DNA of 52,639 nucleotides from a virus (IMGVR_UViG_3300017740_000007:1-52639); one strand, 5' to 3'. Shown: positions 7,691 to 16,316, counted from the stretch's first letter. Notes: generated by a model not told the origin, from the sequence alone. Numbers and translations: made by a program.

Positions 7691-8638
7691 ATGATAAACG
7701 AAATCACATACACAAATTCAAACGAATCTCAGAGAGGAAGAATGTCTCGTTACCATTCTTCTCCTCAGCCAAGAGAGATGCACAAAGGTGCTAAGAATAC
7801 TGATATCGCAAATCTAAAGACTACCAAGAAACGTAATCTTTTAGTAGATGAGAATGGAGACCACAAGTCTAAGTTCACTATCGGTATTGAAGTTGAAAAG
7901 AACAGATTAAGTTCTAGAGCAGTGACTGAATATCCTTTGTTCAAAGGATTTGAAAGAGATAGTTCTTGCGGTTATGAAGCTATAACTAATATCTTACCAT
8001 TGCTACCTAGCGGTAAATGGAGAAACAAAGTTTTCAATATGATGTTTGAAGCTAGAAAAATTATTGAAGACCAATACTCTCCAAGTGACTACAGATGTGG
8101 TGGTCACGTTACATTAGGTGTTGAGGGAATGAATGGTCAACAGATTATGAAAGCAATCAGAAAGAATTGTGGAATACTACATTCTTTATTCTTTAAAAGA
8201 CTTAAGAATGGATATTGCAAGAACAATCTAACAATGCTACCATACGATGAAGAAATGATGAATGGTGGTGGTAGATACCAATTCTGTTTAGATAAAGGTA
8301 ATCTAATCGAGTTTAGAGTTGTATCTCGTTTTCAATCGGTAAAGCAAATGATGAGAAGATACGAGTTGTTCTACGAGTTACTTGACTTTTCAATTAACAA
8401 TCCAAATGGAAACCACAATACTTTTCTTAAGAAAATTACACCAATCATTAAGTCTATGTACAATGGCGATATGGACAAGGTAAACGAAAAACTTGAGTTG
8501 GCTAAGACATTTAGAAAGATGATATTAACCAACAAAGTAAGTAGACCAATTATTGACTATGTTGACCCAATGAGAAGACTTGATGCACAGAAGTGGTACG
8601 ACAGAGAGTTACTCAGAAATGGGTACAGAGCAATCTAA
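7691..8638 (+). CDS. Putative amidoligase (COOH-NH2 ligase, Amidoligase_2-like)
   Basis: FTIGIEVE, DSS..YE, CGGHV, IEFR motifs; ATG 7691 preferred over the GTG inside the palindrome. Confidence 0.75.
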   Translation: MINEITYTNSNESQRGRMSRYHSSPQPREMHKGAKNTDIANLKTTKKRNLLVDENGDHKSKFTIGIEVEKNRLSSRAVTEYPLFKGFERDSSCGYEAITNILPLLPSGKWRNKVFNMMFEARKIIEDQYSPSDYRCGGHVTLGVEGMNGQQIMKAIRKNCGILHSLFFKRLKNGYCKNNLTMLPYDEEMMNGGGRYQFCLDKGNLIEFRVVSRFQSVKQMMRRYELFYELLDFSINNPNGNHNTFLKKITPIIKSMYNGDMDKVNEKLELAKTFRKMILTNKVSRPIIDYVDPMRRLDAQKWYDRELLRNGYRAI

Positions 8639-8651
8639 TCTAAAAGGGGTA

Positions 8652-8667
8652 GTGTCTTTAAAGACAC
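8652..8667. repeat. 16-bp palindrome copy 3, within an extended hairpin 8645-8674
   Basis: AGGGGTA-GTGTCTTTAAAGACAC-TACTCCT. Confidence 0.95.
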
Positions 8668-8673
8668 TACTCC

Positions 8674-8724
8674 TCTGTCTGAGGATGAGTGTCCTCACTG
8701 ATGAGTTCAAAAGAACGAAACAGA
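8674..8724 (+). ncRNA. Type III hammerhead ribozyme; predicted cleavage after C8679
   Basis: TCTG-TC | stem I TGAGGAT-gagt-GTCCTCA | CTGATGA | stem II GTTC-aaaa-GAAC | GAAA-CAGA; all core nucleotides and three stems present. Confidence 0.93.
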
Positions 8725-8752
8725 AACATTAATTAATTTAAATTCAATCAAG

Positions 8753-8989
8753 ATGAAAAATCAAATCAGAAATTATGCAGAAACAATTGTTTATGTATCA
8801 GTAACCTTAGGAGTCTTCTCAATGGTAGGTAGACTATTAGTCCACATTCTTTTTAACGATGCTAGAATGCTATTACAAAGCGTGAGTGGAGCAGTATCAA
8901 TGCTAGTTGTATGTGCGTTCTTATTGTTCTGTATGTATGCGACAAGTCTACTTATTATAGCTGACATAAAAGAGAGACACAATGCATAG
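8753..8989 (+). CDS. Two-TM membrane protein
   Basis: Two hydrophobic segments; first ORF after the ribozyme. Confidence 0.7.
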   Translation: MKNQIRNYAETIVYVSVTLGVFSMVGRLLVHILFNDARMLLQSVSGAVSMLVVCAFLLFCMYATSLLIIADIKERHNA

Positions 8990-9152
8990 TGAGAGACAAC
9001 ACTACTACAAAGTTAGATATGCAGGTAAGCTAATTAAAGTCTTACCTGCACATTCTAAATGGGAAGCAATCGACAGAATTTACAATGAAAACATTGGAAG
9101 ATACAAGTGGATTGTAAGAGAAAAATTTACCGCAGTTAAATCTAAAAATTAA
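8982..9152 (+). CDS. Hypothetical 56-aa protein
   Basis: Manual translation MHSERQHYYKVRYAGKLIKVLPAHSKWEAIDR... Confidence 0.55.
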   Translation: MHSERQHYYKVRYAGKLIKVLPAHSKWEAIDRIYNENIGRYKWIVREKFTAVKSKN

Positions 9153-9156
9153 AATT

Positions 9157-9513
9157 ATGTATAAAGTAACATTACAATTCGATACACATAAGATAACTTA
9201 TGGAACGAACAGAGGGCAGTGGGTCTTAACTAAAGAGTTCAATGACCTGAAACACTGCAACAATTTCATAGACTATATATGCCGAACCAAAGGTTATAGC
9301 TTAGATGAATTATGGTACGAATCAGGATACCCTTTTAAAGAGGGAGATGATTATTGGACAATCGAAAGCGGAACGAAGTTGGTGCGGTCTTGTTGGGATG
9401 ACCAATCAGAAGAATTGTTTGACCCGAACAAAATATATTTCACTAGCGAAAAAAGAGCAGAGGAATATAAAGAGAGTATGAAAGATGTAACAATCATAAA
9501 TCTAAGACAATGA
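9157..9513 (+). CDS. Hypothetical protein
   Basis: ORF track, operon context. Confidence 0.7.
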   Translation: MYKVTLQFDTHKITYGTNRGQWVLTKEFNDLKHCNNFIDYICRTKGYSLDELWYESGYPFKEGDDYWTIESGTKLVRSCWDDQSEELFDPNKIYFTSEKRAEEYKESMKDVTIINLRQ

Positions 9514-10028
9514 AAAAATTAATATTTATATCAGCATTATCTGTGGTTGGATATGTGGGTAGTGATGTGTCTTCAAAGACACTAACTATCCAAGCAGAAG
9601 AAGTTCAAAAGACAGACTCTGTTCTAGTGGTAAGGGAGGAAGTAGTTCCTCCCAAGCCATTGGCGATAGACACATTGCTAGTTGCAATGATGTATGTAGA
9701 ATCTAGACTAGACTCAACGGCATATGCAAAGAATGAAAATGCCGTAGGAGTTTTGCAGATAAGACCAATAATGGTTAGAGAAGTAAACAGAGTTCTAAAA
9801 AAGATGGACAAGGAAGAAAGATATACATTAAAAGACAGATGGAGTTTAGTGAAGTCAGTCGAGATGTTTAATATAATCCGAGACTATCATCACAAAGACT
9901 CAAGCTATGAAACCATAGCAAGATGTTGGAATGGTGGAAGGAGAGGTGATAGAAAAAAATCTACACTTGTGTATTGGGAACGAGTTCAAATACAAATAAA
10001 TAATATCAATCAAATTTTAAATAAATAG
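9510..10028 (+). CDS. Secreted lysozyme-fold protein (SLT/destabilase-like)
   Basis: Signal-like N-terminus; MYVES, AVGVLQI, ARCWNGG. Confidence 0.75.
   Translation: MKKLIFISALSVVGYVGSDVSSKTLTIQAEEVQKTDSVLVVREEVVPPKPLAIDTLLVAMMYVESRLDSTAYAKNENAVGVLQIRPIMVREVNRVLKKMDKEERYTLKDRWSLVKSVEMFNIIRDYHHKDSSYETIARCWNGGRRGDRKKSTLVYWERVQIQINNINQILNK
9567..9582. repeat. 16-bp palindrome copy 4 (inside CDS, VSSKT)
   Basis: GTGTCTTCAAAGACAC. Confidence 0.95.
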
Positions 10029-10030
10029 TT

Positions 10031-10330
10031 ATGACAAACAAAGAACAAATAATCAAAGAGTTAAAAAGAAGAATGCAGATAGCTAGAGACACTCAAGCTA
10101 TTGGCAGAGAGAAATACCTAGCAACATTAATACAAGGTGTGCAGAATGAATTCAAACCTGCGTATGACGATGAGGGAAAAAAGTTTAGCACCTGCTTTGA
10201 CAGTATGGAAGTAAGCGGAAACTTTTCAATGCAGTTGAGTTGGTGGAATAATTTTGCAGACTATGTGCAAGAACATAGAAACACTTGCTACAACAATGCT
10301 TGTGAATACGCAGATGAAAAAGAAATATAA
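10031..10330 (+). CDS. Hypothetical protein
   Basis: ORF track. Confidence 0.7.
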   Translation: MTNKEQIIKELKRRMQIARDTQAIGREKYLATLIQGVQNEFKPAYDDEGKKFSTCFDSMEVSGNFSMQLSWWNNFADYVQEHRNTCYNNACEYADEKEI

Positions 10331-10338
10331 GATTAGAC

Positions 10339-10369
10339 TTGCGTATGTCTAAATTTAGTCTTATATTTG
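10339..10369 (+). promoter_or_regulatory. Bacteroidota-type promoter
   Basis: TTG-N20-TATATTTG. Confidence 0.7.
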
Positions 10370-10395
10370 TCCAATCAATTATTAATCAGAGGTCT

Positions 10396-10411
10396 GTGTC
10401 TTCAAAGACAC
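10396..10411. repeat. 16-bp palindrome copy 5 (in the 5' leader of the GATase gene)
   Basis: GTGTCTTCAAAGACAC. Confidence 0.95.
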
Positions 10412-10432
10412 TCCTCACAAATCAAATCAAAT

Positions 10433-11506
10433 ATGTGCGTAATTATTATTAAGCAGAAAAACAATGTGATGACTGAAGAAATAGCCAAGACATCATCACG
10501 AATCAATCCTCACGGATTGGGAATTATTTGGCTAGACACTTTTGAAGTAGAGTATTACAAATCAAAAGACTATCGTAAACTACTAACCAAGCGACCATTC
10601 ATTGCACACTTTCGTTATGCAACAAAAGGTAAAGTCAACAAAGCCAACACGCATCCATTCATATGTGGTAACAACAAAGATGAATACCTAATGCACAATG
10701 GTACTATCAAAGGTATGGGTACAGATGAATGTTGTGATAGTAAAGAGTTAGCTTGTCACTTAGGTAGTCTTAATCGTAGAGATTGGAAAAAAGAATTGGA
10801 GCAATATGACTCACGATTTGTTTCAGTCAATGTTCGTACTCGTTCATTTCAAATCTACAACAGAAACCTATATACTTATAGGGATGGAATCTGGTATTCA
10901 AAAGCCAATGTATTACAAGACAATCTTATCGCAGTGTATGGTACACTAAAGAAAGGTTTCGGTAACTACTATTCATACCTAACTAATGCAAAGCATTTAG
11001 GTAGAGGTAAGACTCAAGACAAGTATCCTTTGTTGGTTGAGGGGTTACCTTATATGGTAGACAAAAAAGGTGTGGGTCACAATGTGGTGGTTGATGTGTT
11101 CAAGGTTAGCGATATGCAACTAAAGAATATTGACCAACTTGAAGGACACCCACGTTGGTACAAGCGAAAGCAAATACCAATCAAGTTAAAGAATCGTACT
11201 CTTAATTGTTGGTTGTACTTTAATCCAAAGGATGTAACAAACAAAGAGTATCACGAATCTTTTGAAAGAACTATTCAGCCAAGAAAATTATTTACGTTTG
11301 AAGATGTTCAGCCAAGTTATGATACCACTGAGTATCACGAGGCAATTGATATAGGTTGGGATGACAATGACTTTCCAACAGACCAAACACCTACCTGCGT
11401 AGATTGTTTCAATGACTTGGAACACGATGCATTCCACAACTATTACTGCTCATCTTGTGGTGGTTGGTTTAAAGAAGATGAGGTTTTAAAATTTAATCAA
11501 GACTAA
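10433..11506 (+). CDS. Class II glutamine amidotransferase fused to gamma-glutamylcyclotransferase (AIG2/GGCT-like), with C-terminal Zn ribbon
   Basis: Start reassigned to MCVIII (Ntn Cys2); NPHGLG, HFRYAT, NTHPF, HNGTI; then VYGTLKKG...LEGHP.WYKR; CxxC...CxxC at the end. Confidence 0.85.
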   Translation: MCVIIIKQKNNVMTEEIAKTSSRINPHGLGIIWLDTFEVEYYKSKDYRKLLTKRPFIAHFRYATKGKVNKANTHPFICGNNKDEYLMHNGTIKGMGTDECCDSKELACHLGSLNRRDWKKELEQYDSRFVSVNVRTRSFQIYNRNLYTYRDGIWYSKANVLQDNLIAVYGTLKKGFGNYYSYLTNAKHLGRGKTQDKYPLLVEGLPYMVDKKGVGHNVVVDVFKVSDMQLKNIDQLEGHPRWYKRKQIPIKLKNRTLNCWLYFNPKDVTNKEYHESFERTIQPRKLFTFEDVQPSYDTTEYHEAIDIGWDDNDFPTDQTPTCVDCFNDLEHDAFHNYYCSSCGGWFKEDEVLKFNQD

Positions 11507-11519
11507 TAATTATAAATCA

Positions 11520-11540
11520 GAGGGGTGGAATCCACCCCTC
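11520..11540. other. Perfect GC-rich inverted repeat without U-tract
   Basis: GAGGGGTGGA-A-TCCACCCCTC. Confidence 0.75.
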
Positions 11541-11556
11541 ATAATATCAAATCAAA

Positions 11557-11817
11557 ATGAAAGTAAAAGTTCAAAACAGAAGTGTTTATCACAAATTCGC
11601 AGAAGTAGAAGTAGAAGTTCCTAATGATGTAGAGGACATTCAAGAATGGCTCATTGAAAATGAGCAGACATATATATATGAAATGGATGCTAGTATTAAT
11701 GAGAGTAAGTATGAATTTGGAAGTGGGGTAGATGATTATAAAGGAATGAATGAGTCTGAATCAAGCTCTGAATGGAGATATGAATGCGAAGAAAAAAAGA
11801 TAGGTGGACACCTATAA
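11557..11817 (+). CDS. Acidic hypothetical protein
   Basis: ORF track; AATCA-type leader. Confidence 0.7.
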   Translation: MKVKVQNRSVYHKFAEVEVEVPNDVEDIQEWLIENEQTYIYEMDASINESKYEFGSGVDDYKGMNESESSSEWRYECEEKKIGGHL

Positions 11818-11842
11818 TATTAATCAATTAAAATAAAATAAA

Positions 11843-12082
11843 ATGGCAGACTTAAAAGAAATATCAAGCGAAGACTTGAGACAAGAACTACAATTAAGAG
11901 GTTATCAAACAGATAACCTTTGGCACACAGAAGATGTAATGCAGAACTATGACTGCGAGTCAGAAGTAGCAATGGAAATATTGGAGTTAGCAATGAACAA
12001 TCAGTGGGTAATTGAAAACATATTTACAATCGTTGACCAATATGCTGAAGACGATTTTAATTTAAAAAATAAAAACCAATGA
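11843..12082 (+). CDS. Acidic hypothetical protein
   Basis: ORF track. Confidence 0.7.
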   Translation: MADLKEISSEDLRQELQLRGYQTDNLWHTEDVMQNYDCESEVAMEILELAMNNQWVIENIFTIVDQYAEDDFNLKNKNQ

Positions 12083-12390
12083 TATATATAACTAAGAAAG
12101 ACCACTTTGTGTGGTTAGATGTGACTAGAAAATGTAAGTCGTTTAATTCTGTATTAGAACTAAACCAAGCACACGAACTTTATGCGGTTAGTGATGATGA
12201 TGTAGACTCTTTAATTGAAGATGTAGATATGGTGCCTAGACTTGTAAAGAGAGGATACAGAATCTGTATTGAAGTTGGACACCTACCAAAAAAATACCAT
12301 CCTAGAAAAACTTGGGATGGTACTAGCAAGAAGTTAATTGATGGGTATTGGTATGTGAAATTAGCAGATATAAAATTAGGTAATGTCTAA
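12079..12390 (+). CDS. Hypothetical protein
   Basis: ORF track; ATGA-type overlap. Confidence 0.7.
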   Translation: MIYITKKDHFVWLDVTRKCKSFNSVLELNQAHELYAVSDDDVDSLIEDVDMVPRLVKRGYRICIEVGHLPKKYHPRKTWDGTSKKLIDGYWYVKLADIKLGNV

Positions 12391-12429
12391 ATATTTTATT
12401 ACTTTAGTACAAATAAAAATCAAATCAAA

Positions 12430-12672
12430 ATGGCAAGACTAATTAAATCAAGCGGGGAGGTTCTACCGAATGTAGATATCTCCTCTCTCAAAAAAATGCA
12501 GGACTTAGTGCAAGGATATATAGAGTTTGTATATCTCAAAGACAATAAAGTTTTAATTGTAAACGAAGAAGGACTGTTAAATAATCTCCCACAAAATAAA
12601 CAAGCAAGTAATATCTATGGTCATCGAGTAGTGGGCGATGCAGTAGTATGTGATATTACGGAACTTAAATAA
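12430..12672 (+). CDS. DUF3846-like protein
   Basis: LKKMQDLVQGYIE...IVNEEG...LPQN..AS....VVGDAVV. Confidence 0.75.
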   Translation: MARLIKSSGEVLPNVDISSLKKMQDLVQGYIEFVYLKDNKVLIVNEEGLLNNLPQNKQASNIYGHRVVGDAVVCDITELK

Positions 12673-12678
12673 TAACTT

Positions 12679-13053
12679 ATGAAGAATATGATTCACTTAC
12701 AACGTGAGCATCTCATCAGTCTAAAGCTAGACGGAGGGAGCAAAGAACACATTCAAAAAGTACAACAAGCTATGGACAATGGCTCGTATGGACACAAGGA
12801 ATTCAAGCTAACTAGAAAGAAGATGAAGCCATCAGAATTTTTAAATATGTTTGGTAATCCTCCAAAGATTGAAGATAGTTGTGTTGAAGTTTATTTATAT
12901 ATAGGTCTAAACTTTATTCAAAAACTACAACCGAATAAAGAAAAGAAAGAATATAAATATTTATGGCACAACGAGGAAAAATCTAAACTCACCAAGAAAC
13001 TTGACACCACAGAAAAAGGTATGTGTGAAGTTATCTTTGATAAAAAATATTAA
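12679..13053 (+). CDS. Hypothetical protein
   Basis: ORF track. Confidence 0.65.
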   Translation: MKNMIHLQREHLISLKLDGGSKEHIQKVQQAMDNGSYGHKEFKLTRKKMKPSEFLNMFGNPPKIEDSCVEVYLYIGLNFIQKLQPNKEKKEYKYLWHNEEKSKLTKKLDTTEKGMCEVIFDKKY

Positions 13054-13057
13054 TATT

Positions 13058-13318
13058 ATGACAATCAATTTTAAATCATTTCAGGACTCAGGTCAGATTC
13101 AGGACATAAAAGGTGTGGAGCATATAGAAAGACTGCATCGTTTAACAACGGATGTAATCTTATATGTATCCAATCATTATGTAGAGATGCTGAGTGATGG
13201 TAATTTTTTATACCGCCCATCAGGTAAAGGTCAAGGCAAGAGGTCTAAGGTTCTTGCTAATGTAGAGAGATACATATATTTTAATTTAATTTATGGCAAA
13301 GACAGAAGAACTAATTAA
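13058..13318 (+). CDS. Hypothetical protein
   Basis: ATG 13058 preferred; TATCTTTG at 13032-13039. Confidence 0.6.
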   Translation: MTINFKSFQDSGQIQDIKGVEHIERLHRLTTDVILYVSNHYVEMLSDGNFLYRPSGKGQGKRSKVLANVERYIYFNLIYGKDRRTN

Positions 13319-13586
13319 AGAAGTAGGCAGAGAAGTAGTAATGCTATTGCTTGAAAAGAACAAAGCATATGGCGACACTGCAAACAAGCCACCTAAAATC
13401 TTCAGTAAACTTTCAGCGAAGGAAGGAATACTTGCAAGGATAGATGATAAGTTAAGCAGGATAAAAACTGTGGGTATCAATGATAAAACAGAAGACACCC
13501 TGCTCGACTTGATTGGATATCTAATTCTATATAGAGTGCAGTGCAAGAAAGAAGAAGTGTCTTTAAAGACACAAGAAAAAGGTTAG
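13293..13586 (+). CDS. Nucleotide-modification-associated (DUF1599/Nmad1-like) protein
   Basis: EKNKAYGD, RIDDKLSRI, EDTLLDLIGY. Confidence 0.75.
   Translation: MAKTEELIKEVGREVVMLLLEKNKAYGDTANKPPKIFSKLSAKEGILARIDDKLSRIKTVGINDKTEDTLLDLIGYLILYRVQCKKEEVSLKTQEKG
13557..13572. repeat. 16-bp palindrome copy 6 (CDS 3' end, VSLKT)
   Basis: GTGTCTTTAAAGACAC. Confidence 0.95.
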
Positions 13587-13659
13587 ACGAAATTTGGAAA
13601 AGTAATATACTTTTATTACATTTACAGTCTAATATTAATCAATTAAAATCAAATCAATT

Positions 13660-13866
13660 ATGTCAAAAATGAAAGAAATCTTTCAGGAAGAAAGAGAACT
13701 TAGTTCGCACCAAGATGAATTCTTGGATGCTGAGTGGGAACAAGAAGTAGTTTCTACTCACAACAGACAAAGACAAATGTTAAACGAAATCTTTGAAGCT
13801 TGGGGAGAAATCTTTGGGGTCAAGGAAATTAAATCAAAATCAAATAATGAAGACGAAAATTTTTAA
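13660..13866 (+). CDS. Acidic hypothetical protein
   Basis: ORF track; AATCA-type leader. Confidence 0.65.
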   Translation: MSKMKEIFQEERELSSHQDEFLDAEWEQEVVSTHNRQRQMLNEIFEAWGEIFGVKEIKSKSNNEDENF

Positions 13867-14143
13867 CTTATATGTAGACAGAGTTTGCTTTCTATTTGGA
13901 ATAGATAAAGAAACTTTGTTTACTAAAACCAAACGTAGAGATGTAGTAGATGCTAGGCATTTGTTATATTATCTTTGTCATCAAAGACCAATGAGGTTAG
14001 TATACATTCAAGAGTATATGGCAGAGAACGGGTACGTTATTAATCATTCATCAATTCATCACGGGATAGCACAAGTAAAAAACAAGGTGGAAAATGATGT
14101 GGATTATGTAACCGCAATAAATGAAGTAGTAGATGAAGTATAA
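13847..14143 (+). CDS. DnaA C-terminal (domain IV)-like HTH protein
   Basis: KTKRRDVVDARHLLYYLC...NHSSIHHGI; ATG 13847 follows an AATCA-type leader. Confidence 0.75.
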   Translation: MKTKIFNLYVDRVCFLFGIDKETLFTKTKRRDVVDARHLLYYLCHQRPMRLVYIQEYMAENGYVINHSSIHHGIAQVKNKVENDVDYVTAINEVVDEV

Positions 14144-14582
14144 TTTGGATGACATATATAATCAATCTTTAGAAGATACTTATGCTATACAACTAGATGG
14201 AGATGGATACGAATCTCGAATGGTGTATGGAACTAAGATTATCAAAGATAAATTAGATGGTAGCATTCAGATATTAAATACTGCTAGAGGTGGTGATTAT
14301 TATTCTCACCTGAACTCAGAGCAGATGAATAATTTTTTAGAAAAAGGTTGGAGATACGGAGTATTTGTCTTATCTTTGTCTAACTATCGTTCAAAGCTAG
14401 ATATCATTGAGCAACGAATCAAACAGTTTATTAATGATAAGAAGTCTGAGAAGCAGATACTACAATTAAAATCAAGCAGGGACAGAATCCTTGCAAAATA
14501 TAGTGTAATCAATTTTAAATTAAATCAATTAAATTATGGCAACAAAGTCAACAACAACGAAGAAGAAGCAGACAACATTTGA
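14133..14582 (+). CDS. Hypothetical protein
   Basis: ORF track. Confidence 0.65.
   Translation: MKYNLDDIYNQSLEDTYAIQLDGDGYESRMVYGTKIIKDKLDGSIQILNTARGGDYYSHLNSEQMNNFLEKGWRYGVFVLSLSNYRSKLDIIEQRIKQFINDKKSEKQILQLKSSRDRILAKYSVINFKLNQLNYGNKVNNNEEEADNI
14348..14378 (+). promoter_or_regulatory. Internal promoter upstream of the recombination genes
   Basis: TTG-N20-TATCTTTG. Confidence 0.5.
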
Positions 14583-15180
14583 GAAGCTATCTTCAATCAA
14601 CGTAAACAAATACGTTGAGAAAAAAGCGGGACTAACTTATTTATCTTGGGCATATGCTTGGGCAGAAACTAAGAAGCATTGTCCTGATGCTAGATATGAA
14701 ATTCTAGAAACAACTTATGATGACTCAATAGGTTTTATGTGTAACACACAAGTAACTATCGAAGGAGAAACTTTAGCTATGTGGTTACCCGTAATGGATA
14801 GTAAGAATCAGTCTATGAAAAAGCATAAGTATTCTTATACAACTAGGTACGGAGAGAAAGAAGTTTCCGCAGCAACTACATTTGATATTAATAAAACAAT
14901 GATGAGATGCTTAGTTAAGAATCTTGCAATGTTTGGATTAGGAATTTATATCTATGCAGGAGAAGATATGCCTATTGAAGAAGAAAAGGTTGTGTCTTCA
15001 AAGACACCTACTGCTAGTGGTAAACCTAATTTAGAAGTAGGAGATGCAAAGTGGGAGGCAATGGCTAACTTTTGTGTAGCTAATAAGTCACTAGGTTATA
15101 AGAAGTTATGTGATAAGATTGGTACTAAGTACACATTGAGTGCAGGAGTTAAGAACGAAATCAAAAACCTAATCAAATGA
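14536..15180 (+). CDS. Sak/Rad52-like single-strand annealing protein (DUF1071)
   Basis: LTYLSWAYAW, MWLPVMD, INKTMMRCLVKNLAMFGLGIYIYAGED. Confidence 0.88.
   Translation: MATKSTTTKKKQTTFEKLSSINVNKYVEKKAGLTYLSWAYAWAETKKHCPDARYEILETTYDDSIGFMCNTQVTIEGETLAMWLPVMDSKNQSMKKHKYSYTTRYGEKEVSAATTFDINKTMMRCLVKNLAMFGLGIYIYAGEDMPIEEEKVVSSKTPTASGKPNLEVGDAKWEAMANFCVANKSLGYKKLCDKIGTKYTLSAGVKNEIKNLIK
14992..15007. repeat. 16-bp palindrome copy 7 (inside CDS linker, VSSKT)
   Basis: GTGTCTTCAAAGACAC. Confidence 0.95.
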
Positions 15181-15899
15181 AAGAGGTAATTGAGAAACTA
15201 AAAGATGACACCCAATACTATGGGGAGTTTGGTAAGCAGTTCTTATCTAATTCAGACATCGGCACACTACTAAAGAATCCTAAAGAGTTTGGGTTACCAC
15301 AAGATGATAACGTAAACTTTCACAAAGGAAGATACTTTCATCAACTAATACTAGAACCTGAGAAGGCAGAAGAAACTAAGTTTGTTGATGTGTCATCGAG
15401 AAACACGAAGGCATACAAAGAACAAGCGACTAATGGTATTATAATGTTGGAGAAGGAAGGTCAGGAGATTCGTGATTGTGTTCAAGCAATGATGGAAAAC
15501 CTACCATTCTTTGAAGGCATTCGTCAGGCAGGTAATGAGTATGAGGTACCTGCTATCGCAGACATTAAGGGAATGAAGTGGAAAGGAAAGGCTGATATAG
15601 TTTGTACCGATAAGCTGATTGACCTGAAAACTACGGGTTCAATCTCAGATTTTAAATGGTCAGCACGAAAGTATAATTACGACAGTCAATGTTATATATA
15701 CCAACAACTATTTGGTAAGCCGTTAGTGTTCTATGTTGTGGACAAGACAAGTAAACAACTAGGTATCTTTAGACCATCAAAAGAATTTGTAGAACGTGGC
15801 GAACAAAAAGTTATACAAGCTATTGAAGTTCACAGAAAGTTTTTTGGAGAGAATCCAACGTATGATATAAATGAATATTATGTTGAAGAGACTCTTTAA
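15177..15899 (+). CDS. RecE/exonuclease VIII-like PD-(D/E)XK nuclease
   Basis: LSNSDI, GRYFH..ILEP, KGKAD, IDLKTT, YNYDSQCYIY. Confidence 0.85.
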   Translation: MKEVIEKLKDDTQYYGEFGKQFLSNSDIGTLLKNPKEFGLPQDDNVNFHKGRYFHQLILEPEKAEETKFVDVSSRNTKAYKEQATNGIIMLEKEGQEIRDCVQAMMENLPFFEGIRQAGNEYEVPAIADIKGMKWKGKADIVCTDKLIDLKTTGSISDFKWSARKYNYDSQCYIYQQLFGKPLVFYVVDKTSKQLGIFRPSKEFVERGEQKVIQAIEVHRKFFGENPTYDINEYYVEETL

Positions 15900-16026
15900 T
15901 AAAGTAAGTAAAAGGCAAGTGTTATGGTTTCAAGTTCCAATGAACTGTAAGACTCGCAGAGAAAAGGATTACCTTATCTCAGATTTATTAAATCAATTGG
16001 AACAAAAAATTAAAATCAATAAATAA
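15880..16026 (+). CDS. Hypothetical 48-aa protein
   Basis: Manual translation; TAATG overlap with ORF 16026. Confidence 0.5.
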   Translation: MLKRLFNKVSKRQVLWFQVPMNCKTRREKDYLISDLLNQLEQKIKINK

Positions 16027-16301
16027 TGGCAGAAGAAAAAATTTTTGCAGATGGTTTCTCATTTAAGAGAAACGAAAACGCACCCGAGTTTGTGGTGGGT
16101 AAGCAATCCATCAAGGTGGATGAAGCAATTGCATTCTTAAAGAAGTATGCAAAGAATGGTTGGGTAAACCTAGATATTAAACAATCAAAAGGAGGCAACT
16201 ACTATTGTGAGTTAGATACTTGGGAAGCTAAACCTAAAGCCGCAGCACCTGCAGCAGCAGTCGCAGCAGACACCGCAAGTGGCGAAGACTTACCATTCTA
16301 G
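16026..16301 (+). CDS. Putative single-stranded DNA-binding protein
   Basis: Ala-rich linker, acidic EDLPF C-terminus, next to recombinase and exonuclease. Confidence 0.7.
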   Translation: MAEEKIFADGFSFKRNENAPEFVVGKQSIKVDEAIAFLKKYAKNGWVNLDIKQSKGGNYYCELDTWEAKPKAAAPAAAVAADTASGEDLPF

Positions 16302-16316
16302 TGTCTTTAAAGACAC
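16301..16316. repeat. 16-bp palindrome copy 8 (overlaps the SSB stop codon)
   Basis: GTGTCTTTAAAGACAC. Confidence 0.95.

Noticed and set aside
6737-10411. Regularly spaced palindromes as a CRISPR array or integron attC sites
   Set aside because: Spacing is about 0.9 kb, several copies lie inside genes, and no cas or integrase gene is present.
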